Shown here: in pieces, positions 29,350-42,769 of the stretch
How positions within the stretch are numbered: position 1 is the first letter of the stretch
How the letters are laid out: each line of letters opens with the position of its first letter
NCBI GenBank assembly: GCA_009914755.4
Contig: CP086569.2
Coordinates: 4,320,001 to 4,384,000 of the forward strand
Reading direction: 5' to 3'
DNA length: 64,000 nt
DNA from: the human T2T-CHM13v2.0 reference genome, Homo sapiens
Made by a program: the position numbers and the translations under genes
The notes under the pieces: generated by a model
Database searches by the model: none
What the model was told of the DNA's origin: nothing
What the model saw: the letters and a program-made list of their open reading frames with translations, nothing else

Positions 29350-30371
29350 AGGACAAACTCTTAATGCCATGAGCAGTTCATGGGAAATCCTAAATTGCAG
29401 AATTAATCTAGCAGTAGGGAAATGTGGGACCTTGTTCTGATCCACGACCACTCTGGAAAAAATCAACAGAGGATTGTGTCATTGCCAAGTAAATTTGAAT
29501 GCTCAAGGAAGACATTAGAACTAATTCGTCCAGCTGGAATATCTTTGCACATTATCTAAGCAGACATATAGAATACCTTGGGGCCTAGATAATTGTTTTA
29601 GATCAGTTCATCTTTTGACCCACAACCTCCAGAGCTTGTATTAAGGTTTGGCTTGGATTGATAAAGCTCAGCATGAAATCAAATAACTGGTAAGGAGTAT
29701 AAAATCTATGTTAATATTTTAATCTTAAAATAACTAATACATTTCTTCAACAGCCCTGAGTTCTAGAAAAGAACCAGAATTGTTAACAGAATAGTAAGTA
29801 CCTTGAGGAAAGAATGATCAAATAGCTCTTATGTTCCATCACTTTATTAAGTTAAAAAATATATATGTGTAACATGTTTATCTGTTTTAAAATGTTACGA
29901 CAGTATTAAAGTAGGTAGTTAGACACACATAAGCAAGACAGAAGAGGGCCCCCCAGGAATGTCAGTCAACCATTAGATAATGGTCAGGCAGTTGTTAAAC
30001 TGTCTCTCTAAAATAATAATTGGTCGCAGCCGGCGCCAAGGAAAGGCAAGCTCCTAACAGAAAACACCTGAAGGGGCTGATCAGCAGCCTCCTGATAAAA
30101 TCTCAGGAATTGTGCAAGTGAGCTCAAGCACAGCACTAAGACGCAAAATGGCAGAGTTTAACTGGTATGTGACCTTCCTCTAGGAACATTCGACTGGTAA
30201 GAAAAAACACCTCAAATGAGCATATGCACAGCTTCAGTAAACACCCTGCGCATACAGACCCTCCCGAGTGCTGGCAGGCCACTGTGCATATGGACAGCCC
30301 ATTTCAAGGAAAAATCAAGGGAGAAGAATCGGAAACCTTGGAACCATGCCTATGTATAAAAACATCAAGTC

Positions 30372-30796
<425 letters not shown>

Positions 30797-33700
30797 TCAC
30801 TCCTGCTCTAAAACTTGCCTCAGCCTCTCTTTCTGCTTTATGCACCTCAGCCAATTTATTTTCTCCAAGGAGGCAAGAATCGAGTTGCTGCAGACTTGTA
30901 CAGATTCATCACTGCTAACAACAGTACTAAGAAGGTAAAATAACTCTGCGGAAGTGTGTCTTCCTCTGAGTAGTTCATTCAGTACTTGATAAGCAAATAT
31001 ACTAAGCTCTATTTAATTGAGTTTAAAAAACTGTAAGTTACATTAATATAATACATATATGGCATTATATTATGAATCTAGAAATACAAGCAAAGCTCTA
31101 GCACATTTCCCCCAGAATTTAATTAGATAAAACTCTTTGTTGAGTCAACTCTTTGCTTTTCTCAGTCTAATTGAATGAACATTTTCATCTGTGAACTAAA
31201 CTAGAAACGTAACTAAAGTTTCTGTTGAAACCTAATTCTGAATAAATGTAATATCAATACTGGTGTCTTCTGTTTCCAAACTACATCTAAATACTCATGA
31301 ACTTCCTATGCATATAATTTTGTTTCTTGGCCAATCAACCCTAAAAGTTTATTTTGAAAAGTTACTAAATAAAACGTGGAATTTCTCTATTAAAATGAAG
31401 TATTATATAAACCAATAAGAATTCTTTTTGACAAAACAATTAATTCATTGAGTATAAAAATATTATGCAGTGACTAAATGCCAGCAGTTACATCTTTACA
31501 CAAGCAGGGAATGCACTAGCCAAAAAAGCACACCCTCAATTATTTTTTTTTCCCCCCAGCAAGTAGCTTCTCTGAGGAGGAGAACAAGGTAAAAGAGGCA
31601 GTTGGTACAAACTGCAGGTGGCTGGCTGCTGAGGGAGAGGTGTCATTTGGGAAGCACAGCAGGTGGCCTAAACTGAGAAGAAGATGACATTTAGAGACAG
31701 CAGCAGGTGTTTGCTATGAGGGAGAAGGACCTCTCTCCAAAGTTGTCAATGATTGCATTCGTTCATTTCTGCTGCAATAATCTGGTATTTGGCATTTAAA
31801 CTGACAGCACCAGATATGCCTAAAAATAATTATGAATCCAAACCTTTTGCTGGCTAAAAAAATATTACAAAGGCATTATTTCTGCTTATGATTGAATCAA
31901 AATACAAACAATTGACAAAATGTTAAAGATAGCATTATAGTTTTTTCAATTACATTTTTAAAAAGCAAGATTTTGAATATTTTAAGCAGATCAAAATTTT
32001 TGAATATAAAAGATATAGTCATAAATTTAATTCATCATTAAGAGTAGTAAAGTAGAAAGCTAATTGTTACTCAAATTGGTTTTTAAATGAATAGATTCCC
32101 AGACACTATGATCATTTTCATGGTGTAGAAGTTACCAATGCCAAAAGTTATCTACTTATCATTTAAAAGTAGAATGTATAAAGAGGAGACTTTATCACGC
32201 TTAAACCAAAAAAGAGATTCAATTATTGCAAGTTTGCATATGAGAATTATTAAGACAATTCAAGTAGCTTGCATGAACAATGCTAGAGATTTGGGAGGCC
32301 TAAAGATTAAAAGCTTCCCGGGAAACAAGAATAAAAGTGACGACATTGGCTGTGTTCTATTTTCAGATTCTAAAATTCATTACATTTGTAGAATGATCAT
32401 AGAACAATCAAAAGTCCATAAAATACTGTGAGTATGCCCCATAACTTTGAGAACTCATTTCTGGACAATTATTTATTCTATCCAACTTGTATTCTTTTTT
32501 CAGCTTTGGTCTGCTTGTAAAACTCACAAATGGCAATGGGACCATGCTAGTGCAATCACAAAGAGAAGCCCTGCCAATCATCCACTTTCCTACTCTCCAT
32601 AAGCAGAGACTCTGTGCAGAAATTCCAGCACGCAGAAGCAGAGGTCAGTCTGGGCTGTTTATAAATATGTATCTTGTAATCACTAAATATAAAGGGGCGA
32701 TGTTTTGAAGTTTTCGCCAGAGGAACCAGCAGCATTTCTGGATAACATTTTTCACCAGAGTGTGCAACTATTAATCGGTTCGTATAAAATAAAAAACAGA
32801 AATTGGAGGAAGCAGGAATATGATAAAAGGAAAGGGAGTGAGAGACAAAGGGTAATATGATACAGTAAATAATTTTTGATGTCTTAAATACTCATTCTGC
32901 CCAAATAAATTGTGTCTAAAGTGGTGGTTCAATCAAGCAAGTTGGGTTAAACCATCTAAAACATCAACAACATTAGTAGCAAAGATGACACTTGTTTATA
33001 ACCATGATGTGGATATAGATGCTGTGTTTTGTGTTTATGGTTAAACAGGAAAGTAGGAAAGTACGTGTAATGAGTCTGAAGCCCCTACTTTTACTAAAAG
33101 CTCTTACCATTTTTTTTCTCTCATAAGACAGACACTTACAATGAAAAATGTACACATTTCAATAGTCTTTCTTAGATAATTAAAGGTGACTTTTAAAGAT
33201 ATAAAATATATTTTAGGGTGTTAAATCTGCTGAGAGATTGCTAACGCAATAGAAAGAAATACTGTTCCTGAGATTCTGTTCTCAGAAGATGAAGAGCTTT
33301 AAGTGAACTTTTCAGTTGTTTTTACTCTGAGGGATTCTCCTCCTCAGTATGATTAATGCTTTCCACACTTGAGTAGAAATTCTCTTGGATGAAGCCTTTG
33401 ATAACTATCGTTTGTAAACTTTCGTAAACTTGCCATGCACAAAATGGAATATGGGTTATCTAACTTGAATTGAGAATCCTTGTGAGCATGCCAATTGCTT
33501 CCTTTTCTCCAGAACAAAATGATATTTGTGTCATCATAGAAAAATATATTCTGAAGAAACTGTGTTTCTGGACTATATAAAGCACTACAATTAATACATA
33601 ACATACAAACAAGCCACAGGCTCCAAATAAAGAAACAACTCTTTCTGATGGCTATATGTTCAAAAACAAAGCTCTTATTATTGGAAACAAATAATTGGGT

Positions 33701-34111
33701 CATGGTGAAGTCAATTCAATATTTCAGGCATGTTATCATTTACAAAGAGATTAATGTTTACCAGTATAAGAAATGGATATAGAAAATCAATTTCTGTGGA
33801 ATAGTAGGAATGATAAGGAGTCTGGGGAAAAGAAATATTTAGTCTACAAAACAAATAAATTTAAAAAGTGATTCCAATCTTTAAATACAGTGATATCGGC
33901 AGTATTTGTAAAATTCAGATGTTGAAAAAGTGGGAAAGATAGGAGATGTACCCACTGAACACACCAAAAAGCAAATTCATTTGCACCAAAAGAGCAATCT
34001 CTAATTTAAATATGTATCTTAACCTTCCAAACAACTCCCTTGCAGATTAACCTTTCAAAAAACTCCCGTATGTATACACTAACTACTTGTTAGTTAAATT
34101 GCTTAACCTCT

Positions 34112-34485
34112 TTGCACTTCAATTTGCTCACCTGTGAAATGTAGGCAACAATAGTGTCCATATCATAATGTTACTGTGATGGTAAAGTGAGGTAATGCAT
34201 ACAAGAAGGTTAGTGCCTTAAACAAGTTAAATACTTGATACACATCAATTATTATTTTGTACAGGATGGGGTTATTGTTAAAAAGGGTATGTGAAAAGAA
34301 AATAGCATGCCTCAAAATAAAATCATATTAAATAGTAGAACATTTCATTTTATGCATGATGAGCTGACATGTTAATATAGAAAAATATCTTGCCTAGTTT
34401 GATTTTTATATAAGCTCAAAGTTATTCTAAATTTGCATAGTTTCTGTTTTTTGCTATGTAATCCTTAAAAATTAGTTAAAAATTG
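34112..34485 (+). repeat. Left arm of a long inverted repeat (about 374 bp)
   Basis: TTGCACTTCAATTTGCTCACCTGTGAAA... is the reverse complement of 35851-35878. Homology at about 90% identity continues to ..GCTATGTAATCCTTAAAAA. Confidence 0.85.
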
Positions 34486-35504
34486 CAATTGTTATTCTGA
34501 ATGGTTAAAGCTTAATATACTTAGATTGTCCATCTGTCTGATTTATCAGTATTAGATTTATCAATGATATTAGATTGTCAATATTCTGAATGATTTTAGG
34601 AATATCAAATACATTAAACATAATAACTACATTATAGTAATATCATCTTTTTTTGATAACCATCTTAAGTAATTTTGTGCCCCCTCTAATTCCAAAGATT
34701 AATTTTAGTAGATAGTAAGTGAGGAATGCCAGAATAGTTTACAGAGAGATCAGATTTTCTTAATTATGTATTTTTAGCTTTCTTATCTGGAATAAGTACT
34801 ATTTAAATACTATGATAAAGGAATGGACATAAATATTTTACCTTTTAAATCAGAGTCTCTTCATCTATGCATTTTCTTCAATTGCAATTAAATCCTGAAT
34901 CAAAAACAGAAATAAATTTTGAGCTACTCATTTGGGGAATTAAGAGACTGAAGAAAATCTCCATTAATCAGAGGTATAAGAAGTTCATGTCTTAAGTCAA
35001 ATATACAAAGTCAAAACCATGACTACCTGGCAGCCTCACTTCAAAAATTCTGATCCTACCCCCAAACGTGTCTGTTCCATCTGTCTAGTCAAATGTGAAA
35101 ACGATTATCTGAAGAAAAAAAGGCTGTTTCATAATTCCATACTCTTAGTACTATCAAGTTATTAGAAATATTTTAAGGAGACTAAAAGTTTTCATAAAAT
35201 TGCTTCAATTTGCTTTTTCATTTCGTAAAATGAGACAAATGTCACCACCAACAGCTGACCATATATACTTGAAATGGGAAATTAACTCCAAAGTGTAGAC
35301 TTAATTATTTGTGGCATTCTTTTATTTATGAGCTGCAGAGTAGACACCCTGTTATGTACATTGAAAAAATATTTGAACCAAAAAATAAGAAAAAGACAGG
35401 TAAAAATACACAAACATAAATTAGTTGTCTGCATATCTAAAGCTCTCCTAGCTGAAAATCTACCTTGCATTCAACTTTTGTATCATCTACTAAAAAGCCA
35501 GTAT

Positions 35505-35878
35505 GTTTTCTTTAAACTACTTTTTAAGGATTACATAGCAAAAAATAAAAATTGTGCAAATTTAGAATAACTTTGAGCTTATATAAAAATCAAACTAGGT
35601 AAGGTCTTTTTCTATATTAGCATGTCAACTCATCATGCATAAAATGAAACGTTCTACTATTTAATATGATTTTACTTTGAGGCATGCTATTTTCTTTTCA
35701 CATACACTTTTTAACAATAACCCTATCCTGTACAAAATAATAGTTGATATGTGTCAAGGACTTACCTTGTTTAAGGCACTAACCTTTTTGTTTGTATTAC
35801 TTCACTTCACCTTTAGCAAAGTTATGATATAGACGCTAATGTTACCTGCCTTTCACAGGTGAGCAAATTGAAGTGCAA
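35505..35878 (-). repeat. Right arm of the inverted repeat (reverse complement of 34112-34485)
   Basis: TTTTTAAGGATTACATAGC ... TTTCACAGGTGAGCAAATTGAAGTGCAA. A spacer of about 1019 bp lies between the arms. Confidence 0.85.
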
Positions 35879-36582
35879 TTGGTTATTTAATTATATGAAA
35901 TATATTAGATATTCTTCCTGGTCAGTTCGTTAAAGTACAAGAAGCATTTATTCATAGGTTGAATAAATAGCTGTCGCTAGGTATAATTTGATAGATAAAT
36001 TCTATCAAATGTATCACGCATTCTAATTTGTCTGCAGTAAAGTCTGAAATTTCATTGAAATCGCATTGCAGGGTTAAAGAGTATAATTTCCAGGATGTGC
36101 TGTACTTGTCAAAATCCAAATAGTAACCAGGGAGCTATCACAGCATGAGTTTGTTTGTTAAATGACAAATTGGTGTCTAAGCACTGAATGACTAAAACTT
36201 TCTAAAACTTTGGTTTTATGCATTTTAATTGAGGTCGAGGTGTGGGAAAAAAAAATCTGGATCCTGGGTATCTGCCAAAGGCCAAAAAAAAAAAAAGACT
36301 TCAACATGGGTAATACAAAATCTAGAACAAATAGGAACAGCATTCATTTCAGGAATTTCTGCAGGTGTGTTTGAATTCTTATATACTTAAATATTTGTAA
36401 ACAACAAAGTATAAATTTGGCAGCTACTTCACCACTTCAACCATTATGTCTATGTAAATGTCTTGAAAAGCATGGGTCAGAACTAAAAGCATTAGTTACT
36501 TCAATTTGGAAAAGTTGTCTCAGACTTTCGGGTAACAAACTAAGTTCATTATATTTCTTTTATAAACACAGGCATGGATGGA

Positions 36583-36620
36583 CACACACACACACACACA
36601 CACACAAACACTCACACAAA
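36583..36620. repeat. (CA)n dinucleotide microsatellite
   Basis: Direct reading: gacacacacacacacacacacacacaaacactcacaca. Confidence 0.9.
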
Positions 36621-37559
36621 ATTATCATACCTTAATCTACTATTTTTGTCCACACCACACTAAAGTTAAACTAAGTCAAAATCTTAGAATCATATTTTGC
36701 TATTTATTCTCCTTTATTCTCTATATCCAGTTGATATCGCTTTGATGACTGGAAGAACACCAGGGTTCTTGGTTTTGAGCCAATAGGATTAACGACACAG
36801 ATATATGTGGAGTGGTTTTAAGGAGCAAAAAGTTTAATAGGCCAGAAATAAGAAAGGAGAAAACAGCTTCTTCATATAGAGACAGAAGAAGGAGGGCTTG
36901 GAACAAAAAGGAACCTCATCTGTGGCAGAAAATTTGTTGGTTATATTGGGAGGCTGGAGGAGGCAGTGTCGGGTTTACATAGGGCCCAGGGGATTGGTTT
37001 GACTAGGTGTGTTATTTATGTAGCCAAAGAAAAACCTGGCCCTTCCACCTTACCTTTTTAATATGCAAATGTGGGTTGCCATGATGTTTTGAGCACATGG
37101 TGTTATTTGGAGGTGGCCATGACACTTGACACAGGTGGTGACAAGGAGAAGATGGTGGGAATCGGCATGTTGGGTAGACCCAGTTACCATTTGTTGGCAT
37201 TTGTATATTGAAGCTTGCTGGCTTGGCTTTCTAAGCCACGTTTCTGTTAGTTTTTACCAAAAACCTTTACCCTGTTTACTTGCCTAAAAATTATTTTTAA
37301 ATAACTTTTGTACTACAATCAAGTACAAACTTTTACTAATTCATCTTTTGTAACTTCTCATGAATCTGGCACTTTATCTTCATTTTAATTTTTACTGCTA
37401 TTATCAAGGCTGTTAGTGACAATTCCTAAACAATTGCTTACAGTCTGTCCCCATTCATCTACCAGCTGCCTCTGCCACCATCTTTCTAACATTACACTGC
37501 TAAAGGCCAGCATTTATTAGCACTAACTATACAGTGAGTGCTAGGCGAAAGGATCTACC

Positions 37560-37930
37560 AAGACCATTAACATTTAATTTTCACAATAGCCCTATGAGAT
37601 AAGAACTATTATCCTCAATATACTGATAAAACCCTGAGCCTTAAAAAAGGTGGAATGACACAGCTATAAATTGTGGAAACAAGATTTGAACCCAGGATGT
37701 TTAATTCCAGAATGATGTTATTGAGTTTGTTACACTGTTTCACTGAACAATAATTTCAACATGTTAACACATGATCTGGAAATTGTCTATGACATCTCAT
37801 CACATATAGCTAATAAAGAGCTAACATTCATTGAGTGCCGACTCCATGTTAAGTAATTTATGTGAATTATCTCATTTAAACTTTTCAATGGCCATATAAT
37901 TTACAATTATCTCCATTTTACAGAACAGGT
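37560..37930. mobile_element. Two MIR-like SINE relics, roughly 37560-37720 and 37800-37930
   Basis: ..TTCACAATAGCCCTATGAGATAAGAACTATTATCCTCA.. and ..ATTCATTGAGTGCCGACTCCATGTTAAGTAATTTATGTGAATTATCTCATTTAAAC...CTCCATTTTACAGAACAGG.. resemble MIR consensus segments. Confidence 0.4.
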
Positions 37931-39323
37931 AACAGATTGAGAGACTTGTGAATGCCACACTTTAATCTCATCTCCTCCCCACCACCCTGAAATCACAAGC
38001 TTGAACTGCCATCCGGACCTGAGGCAACCTTTCCCTCATTAAGACTAAGTTTCTCCTGTGTGCAGAAATATGAAGGATGGAAGGAAAAGGAAGAGATATC
38101 CGGTACTATTGTAGTCATTTATCTGTGGATTGTCAATACTCTTGTGTCTAACATCAATCATTAATAACCTGTGTTTGGTAGGCATGAAAAGGCTGGCTGG
38201 GTTGTGTGAGTTCTTAGATGGACCTATAGCCAGAATAAGAACAGAAATGGTTTTCACAATCACCTTGACACTTCTTAAAAGCTATTGAATCTAACAACTA
38301 TTTATTTCTCCTGTTCTAATTTTTCTTATACAAATTGGGAAGACAGAATTTGGAGTCAATGGCAAGTGGTAGTATAGCAGGCTTGGTCAACTCTGAAGCC
38401 CTGAGAAATGTATTTAGCTCTCTTTATCGCAGTGGTTCTTAAAGGGTGTTTCTGGAACAGCATTATTAACATAACTTATAAACTTGTGGGAAATTCCAAC
38501 TCTCAGGCTTCTCTTCAGATGTACTGAATTAGGACCTAGAGGTGGGGCCAAGCAATGTGTATTTTGGCAGTCCCTGAAGGTGATTCTGACACACGATAAA
38601 GTTATAAAAACCACTGCTTTAGAATGTGAGATATTTAGCACCACTGTTTACTTCTGCTTTAGGTCTTATTTAATAATTTCTGGGCAATATAATAAGCCTA
38701 CAGTTTAGAAATCCATTTGTGTTCTGTTCTTTATCTTGACCATTCATTTTTTTGGAAATCAATACCTTGTATCTCAAATTTTCTCATGCTATAGTTACTG
38801 TAATTTATATTAAAAATACTGTATATAAAAATAAAAATGTTCACCATATTTCTCCTTTTCCAGAATATCAAATATATTGTTATTATCACTGATGTTGTTG
38901 AGAATATCCAAACGGTATTTTTAATAGTTTCATTAAAGAAATTAAAAAACAAAAGCAATTTAAGGGAATTGCTGAGACAAATAATTTGATTCTCATGATT
39001 CCTCCAGAGTGGAATAACTGATGTATAATATTGCTGTCTTCTAATTTCTTTTTCTTAGTTTGTGGGTCTCTTTGTGTGTGTTTCACAAGGCATATTCTCA
39101 GCTACAATAGCATTAAAATGTCATTAAAGAAACACGTATTTATGAATTATATGTTTTAATAACACAGTATTTTTAAATTTGTGGTTAATTTTATTGTTAT
39201 ATAGACAAAATTAAATATAGTTTTAAAATAAATTTATAAAAATTTTTATTCACTAAGACTAAATGAGTTAATTTAAGCTGCAGATTTATAAAAATAGATC
39301 TTTAATCTGTCCAATATAAACTG

Positions 39324-40078
39324 TTTTTTTTTTTTAAATTTTACTTTAAGTTCTGGGATACATGTGCAGAACATGCGGGTTTGTTACATAGGTATACACG
39401 TGCCTTGGTGGTTTGCTGCACCCATCAACCTGTAATCTACATTAGGTATTTCTCCTAATGCTCTCCCTCCCCTAACCCCCCAACCCCGACAGACCCTGGT
39501 GTGTGATGTTCCCCTCCCTGTGTCCATGTGTTCTGATTGTTCAACTCCCACTTACGAGTGAGAACATGAGGTGTTTGGTTTTCTGTTCCTGTGTCAGTTT
39601 GCTGAGAATCATGGTTTCCAGCTTCATCTGTGCTTCATCATGAGGACATAAACTCATCCTTTTTTATGGCTGCACAGTATTCCATGGTGTATATGTGCCG
39701 CATTTTCTTTATCCTGTCTATCATTGATGGGCATTTGGGTTGGTTCCAAGTCTTTGTTATTGTGAGCAGTGCTACAATAAACATACGTGTGCATGTATGT
39801 GTCTTTATAGTAGAAAGATTTTTAATCCTTTGGGTATATACCCAGTAATGGGATTGCTGGTTCAAGTGGTATTTCTGGTTCTAGATCCTTGAGGAATCGC
39901 CACACTGTCTTCCACAATGGTTGAACTAGTTTACAGTCCCACCAACAGTGTAAAAGTGTTCCTATTTCTCCACATTCTCTCCAGCATCTGTTGTTTCCTG
40001 ACTTTTTAATGATCACCATTCTAACTGGCATGAGATGGTATCTCATTGTGCTTCTGATCTGCATTTCTCTAATGACCA
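39324..40078 (-). mobile_element. L1PA-type 3' end (about 755 bp), 5'-truncated
   Basis: 13-nt poly(T) then AAATTTTACTTTAAGTTCTGGGATACATGTGCAGAACATGCGGGTTTGTTACATAGG.., with low divergence from L1PA. It ends at ..CTAACTGGCATGAGATGGTATCTCATTGTGCTTCTGATCTGCATTTCTCTAATGACCAT. Approximate target-site duplication ATAAACTG. Confidence 0.9.
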
Positions 40079-41899
40079 TAAACTGGATTTTTACCATTGT
40101 ATTACAAAGTTAGTAATACTTACACATTTGGTTAATCTGATGGACTAATAATTCAGCTGCAATATATCAAATCTGTCAGTGCACTGATTATATCTCCCAT
40201 GGAAGATTTTTTTTATCTTTTGATTCAATGAAAGTTTCTTGTATGAAACCAAATTTCATACAGTTCTAAAAAATCCTTTAGAAATTCATCATTTTAGTTT
40301 TGTTTTCTAGGCTAAAGCAATTTACTGTCTACCATCATATGTCTATTTTTTTAAAAAAAATGCCTTTTCCTACAGAAAGAAGTTATAAAATTAAATAGAG
40401 GTGTAACAAGTAGGATTTTAAGATTACACATGGTTGTTTTGTGCTAGTTAAAAAGAAAAGAAGATATAATGCTTTTAACAAATGAGAACACTATGTATGT
40501 TTATACATATAATACATATTTAACATTGAGTTGTTAACTGGGAAAAAGGTTGTGGTATTAAGCATGAAAAAGAAGAGAGTTGGGAGGCATTTCAGGCATT
40601 GTGAAAGCATCTTTATTCACACTGTAGCCTTGTTACACACAGAACAGTGAGGATATGCTTTCATATAACTGGCTATATCTCCCTAATTGGCTATATAAAT
40701 TTCATTAATGTCATTGTTAACTTATAGAGTAGTAACACATAAAGGATCTTGAATGCTTTCAAATACTATGGATAATAAGAAAATAATTAAACTTGCCATT
40801 CCACTTTGTGTATTTGAGTATTATAATGTATGAATTAAGCTATGTGACTATTATGAAGTCACAGGCAAGCAGAAAGAAATGGTCTTGATCAGTGTCTAGT
40901 CAGTAGTCCTGGGGTAAACTGACCATACAACGCATGTATCTGCTTCCTGTGGTTTGTCTGGATTCAGGTGAAAGGTTTCCACCAGGGGATGCATCTGTAG
41001 TCTGTCAAACTATGTAGATAGATATGGTAAACTGATCTGACCACATTCTACAACTAACTACAGATTAGTTTACTTGCCGTTGGTACACTTGGTCGTATAA
41101 CTCAGCCACTTACTCAGCCTAATCCTAAAGTGATACCTTCCTGTGAATTGGAGAACTGTATTTTCAAATAAAGCTTCACATAGCAAACATTTCATAAAGA
41201 TCAATTCACCTTGAGACAACTAAAATGTTCTGTCTACTTCAGCTCATTCTAGATGTCATTTCTCTCACAAACATCTCTGACCTACCCTTACTTCCATTTA
41301 TTTGCTTCTTTCATTTCTATTCATTAGTTTCTTACAAACCTGCCTGCAGAGATTGTTCTGTCTGAGATTTTTCGAAACCCCTAAGTAATAATCAATTCAT
41401 GTAATAGAGAAGTTGAAACTTTCTGTGATAGTCTTAATGACTTCTTTATGGTGAAAAATATTTAAAGAAATTATCCTGAAAAGAAACATTTGCTAAGGAA
41501 TTTATCTTTCTTTTCAATTTACCTCTCAAATGCAAAATCATGATAGGATGAAATAGTAATACATGTGAAAAAAAATTTTTTTCTGAATAAGAAAAGCCCC
41601 TCTGGCATTATTTCTGCAGGGACTAATAGACCCACCTATAGCTTTATGTAGATGAAACACAGTTAGTTGGGTGGTCAGTGCATCTCCACAGTGGAATGAG
41701 AAAGACTCAATAGGTCTTTTTCATCTCTACTTCTAGATTCTCTGATCAAATATCAATACTTAACAATTTTAACCAGTTATATTTAAAAAACAGAAAAGTA
41801 CACATAAGAAAGAGAAATAAAAACATAAATAAAATATGTAGGAAGCAATATGTACTCAGACTAAAAGTTCTGAATAAATTGTAGGAGATGGTATATCTT

Positions 41900-42620
41900 T
41901 TATTTTTAATTTTTTATTATTATACTTTAAGTTCTGGGGTACATGTGCACAACGTGTAAGGTTTGTTACATAGGTATATATATGCCATGTTGGTTTGCTG
42001 CACCTATCAACTGGTCACCTACATAAGGTATTTCTCCTAATGCTATCCCTCCCCCAGCCTCCCACCCCTCAACAGGCCCCAGTGTGTGATGTTCTCCTTC
42101 CTGTGTCCATGATCTCATTGTTCAATTCCCACTTATGAGTGAGAACATGTGGTATTTGGCTTTCTCTTCTTGTGTTACTTTGCTGAGAATGATGGTTTCC
42201 AGTTTTATTCATGTCTCTGCAAAGGACATGAACTCATCCTTTTATGTGGCTGCATAGTATTCCATGGTGTATATGTGCCACATTTTCTTTATCCAGTCTA
42301 TCATTGACGGGCATTTGGGATGGTTCCAAGACTTTGCTATTGTGAACAGTGCTACAATATACATACATGTGCATGTGTCTTTATAGTAGAAAGATTTTTA
42401 ATCCTTTGGGTATATACCCAGTAATGGGATTGCTGGGTCAAATGATATTTCTAGTTCTAGATCCTTGAGGAGTTGCCACACTGTCTTCAACAAAGGTTGA
42501 ACTAATTTACACTCCCACCAACAGTATAAAAGCGTTCCTATTTCTCCACATCCTCTCCAGCATCTGTTGTTTACTGACTTTTTAATTTTTGCCATTCTAA
42601 CTGGCGTGAGATGGTATATC
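41900..42620 (-). mobile_element. L1PA-type 3' end (about 720 bp), 5'-truncated, with a 15-bp target-site duplication
   Basis: TTATTTTTAATTTTTTATTATTATACTTTAAGTTCTGGGGTACATGTGCACAACGTG.. ending ..CTAACTGGCGTGAGATGGTATATC. GAGATGGTATATCTT occurs at 41885-41899 and again at 42608-42622. Confidence 0.9.
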
Positions 42621-42769
42621 TTAAGGCCTTAACCCTAAATCATAACTTCCTAAACAGAAACTGCATATAAAGAGCTGTTTTTCTTACTAGTGGTACAGTT
42701 TTATCAGATGCTTTTTATTAAGTAGATTATATTATTCTACTTAATAAATACAGATAAGTGGAAACATAT

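Noticed and set aside
32138-32431. 97-aa ORF in unique sequence whose stop is immediately followed by GTGAGT (a consensus 5' splice site). It could be an exon.
   Set aside because: A single ORF plus donor motif in AT-rich DNA is expected by chance. There is no upstream acceptor or polypyrimidine signal that I could see, and no domain-like sequence.
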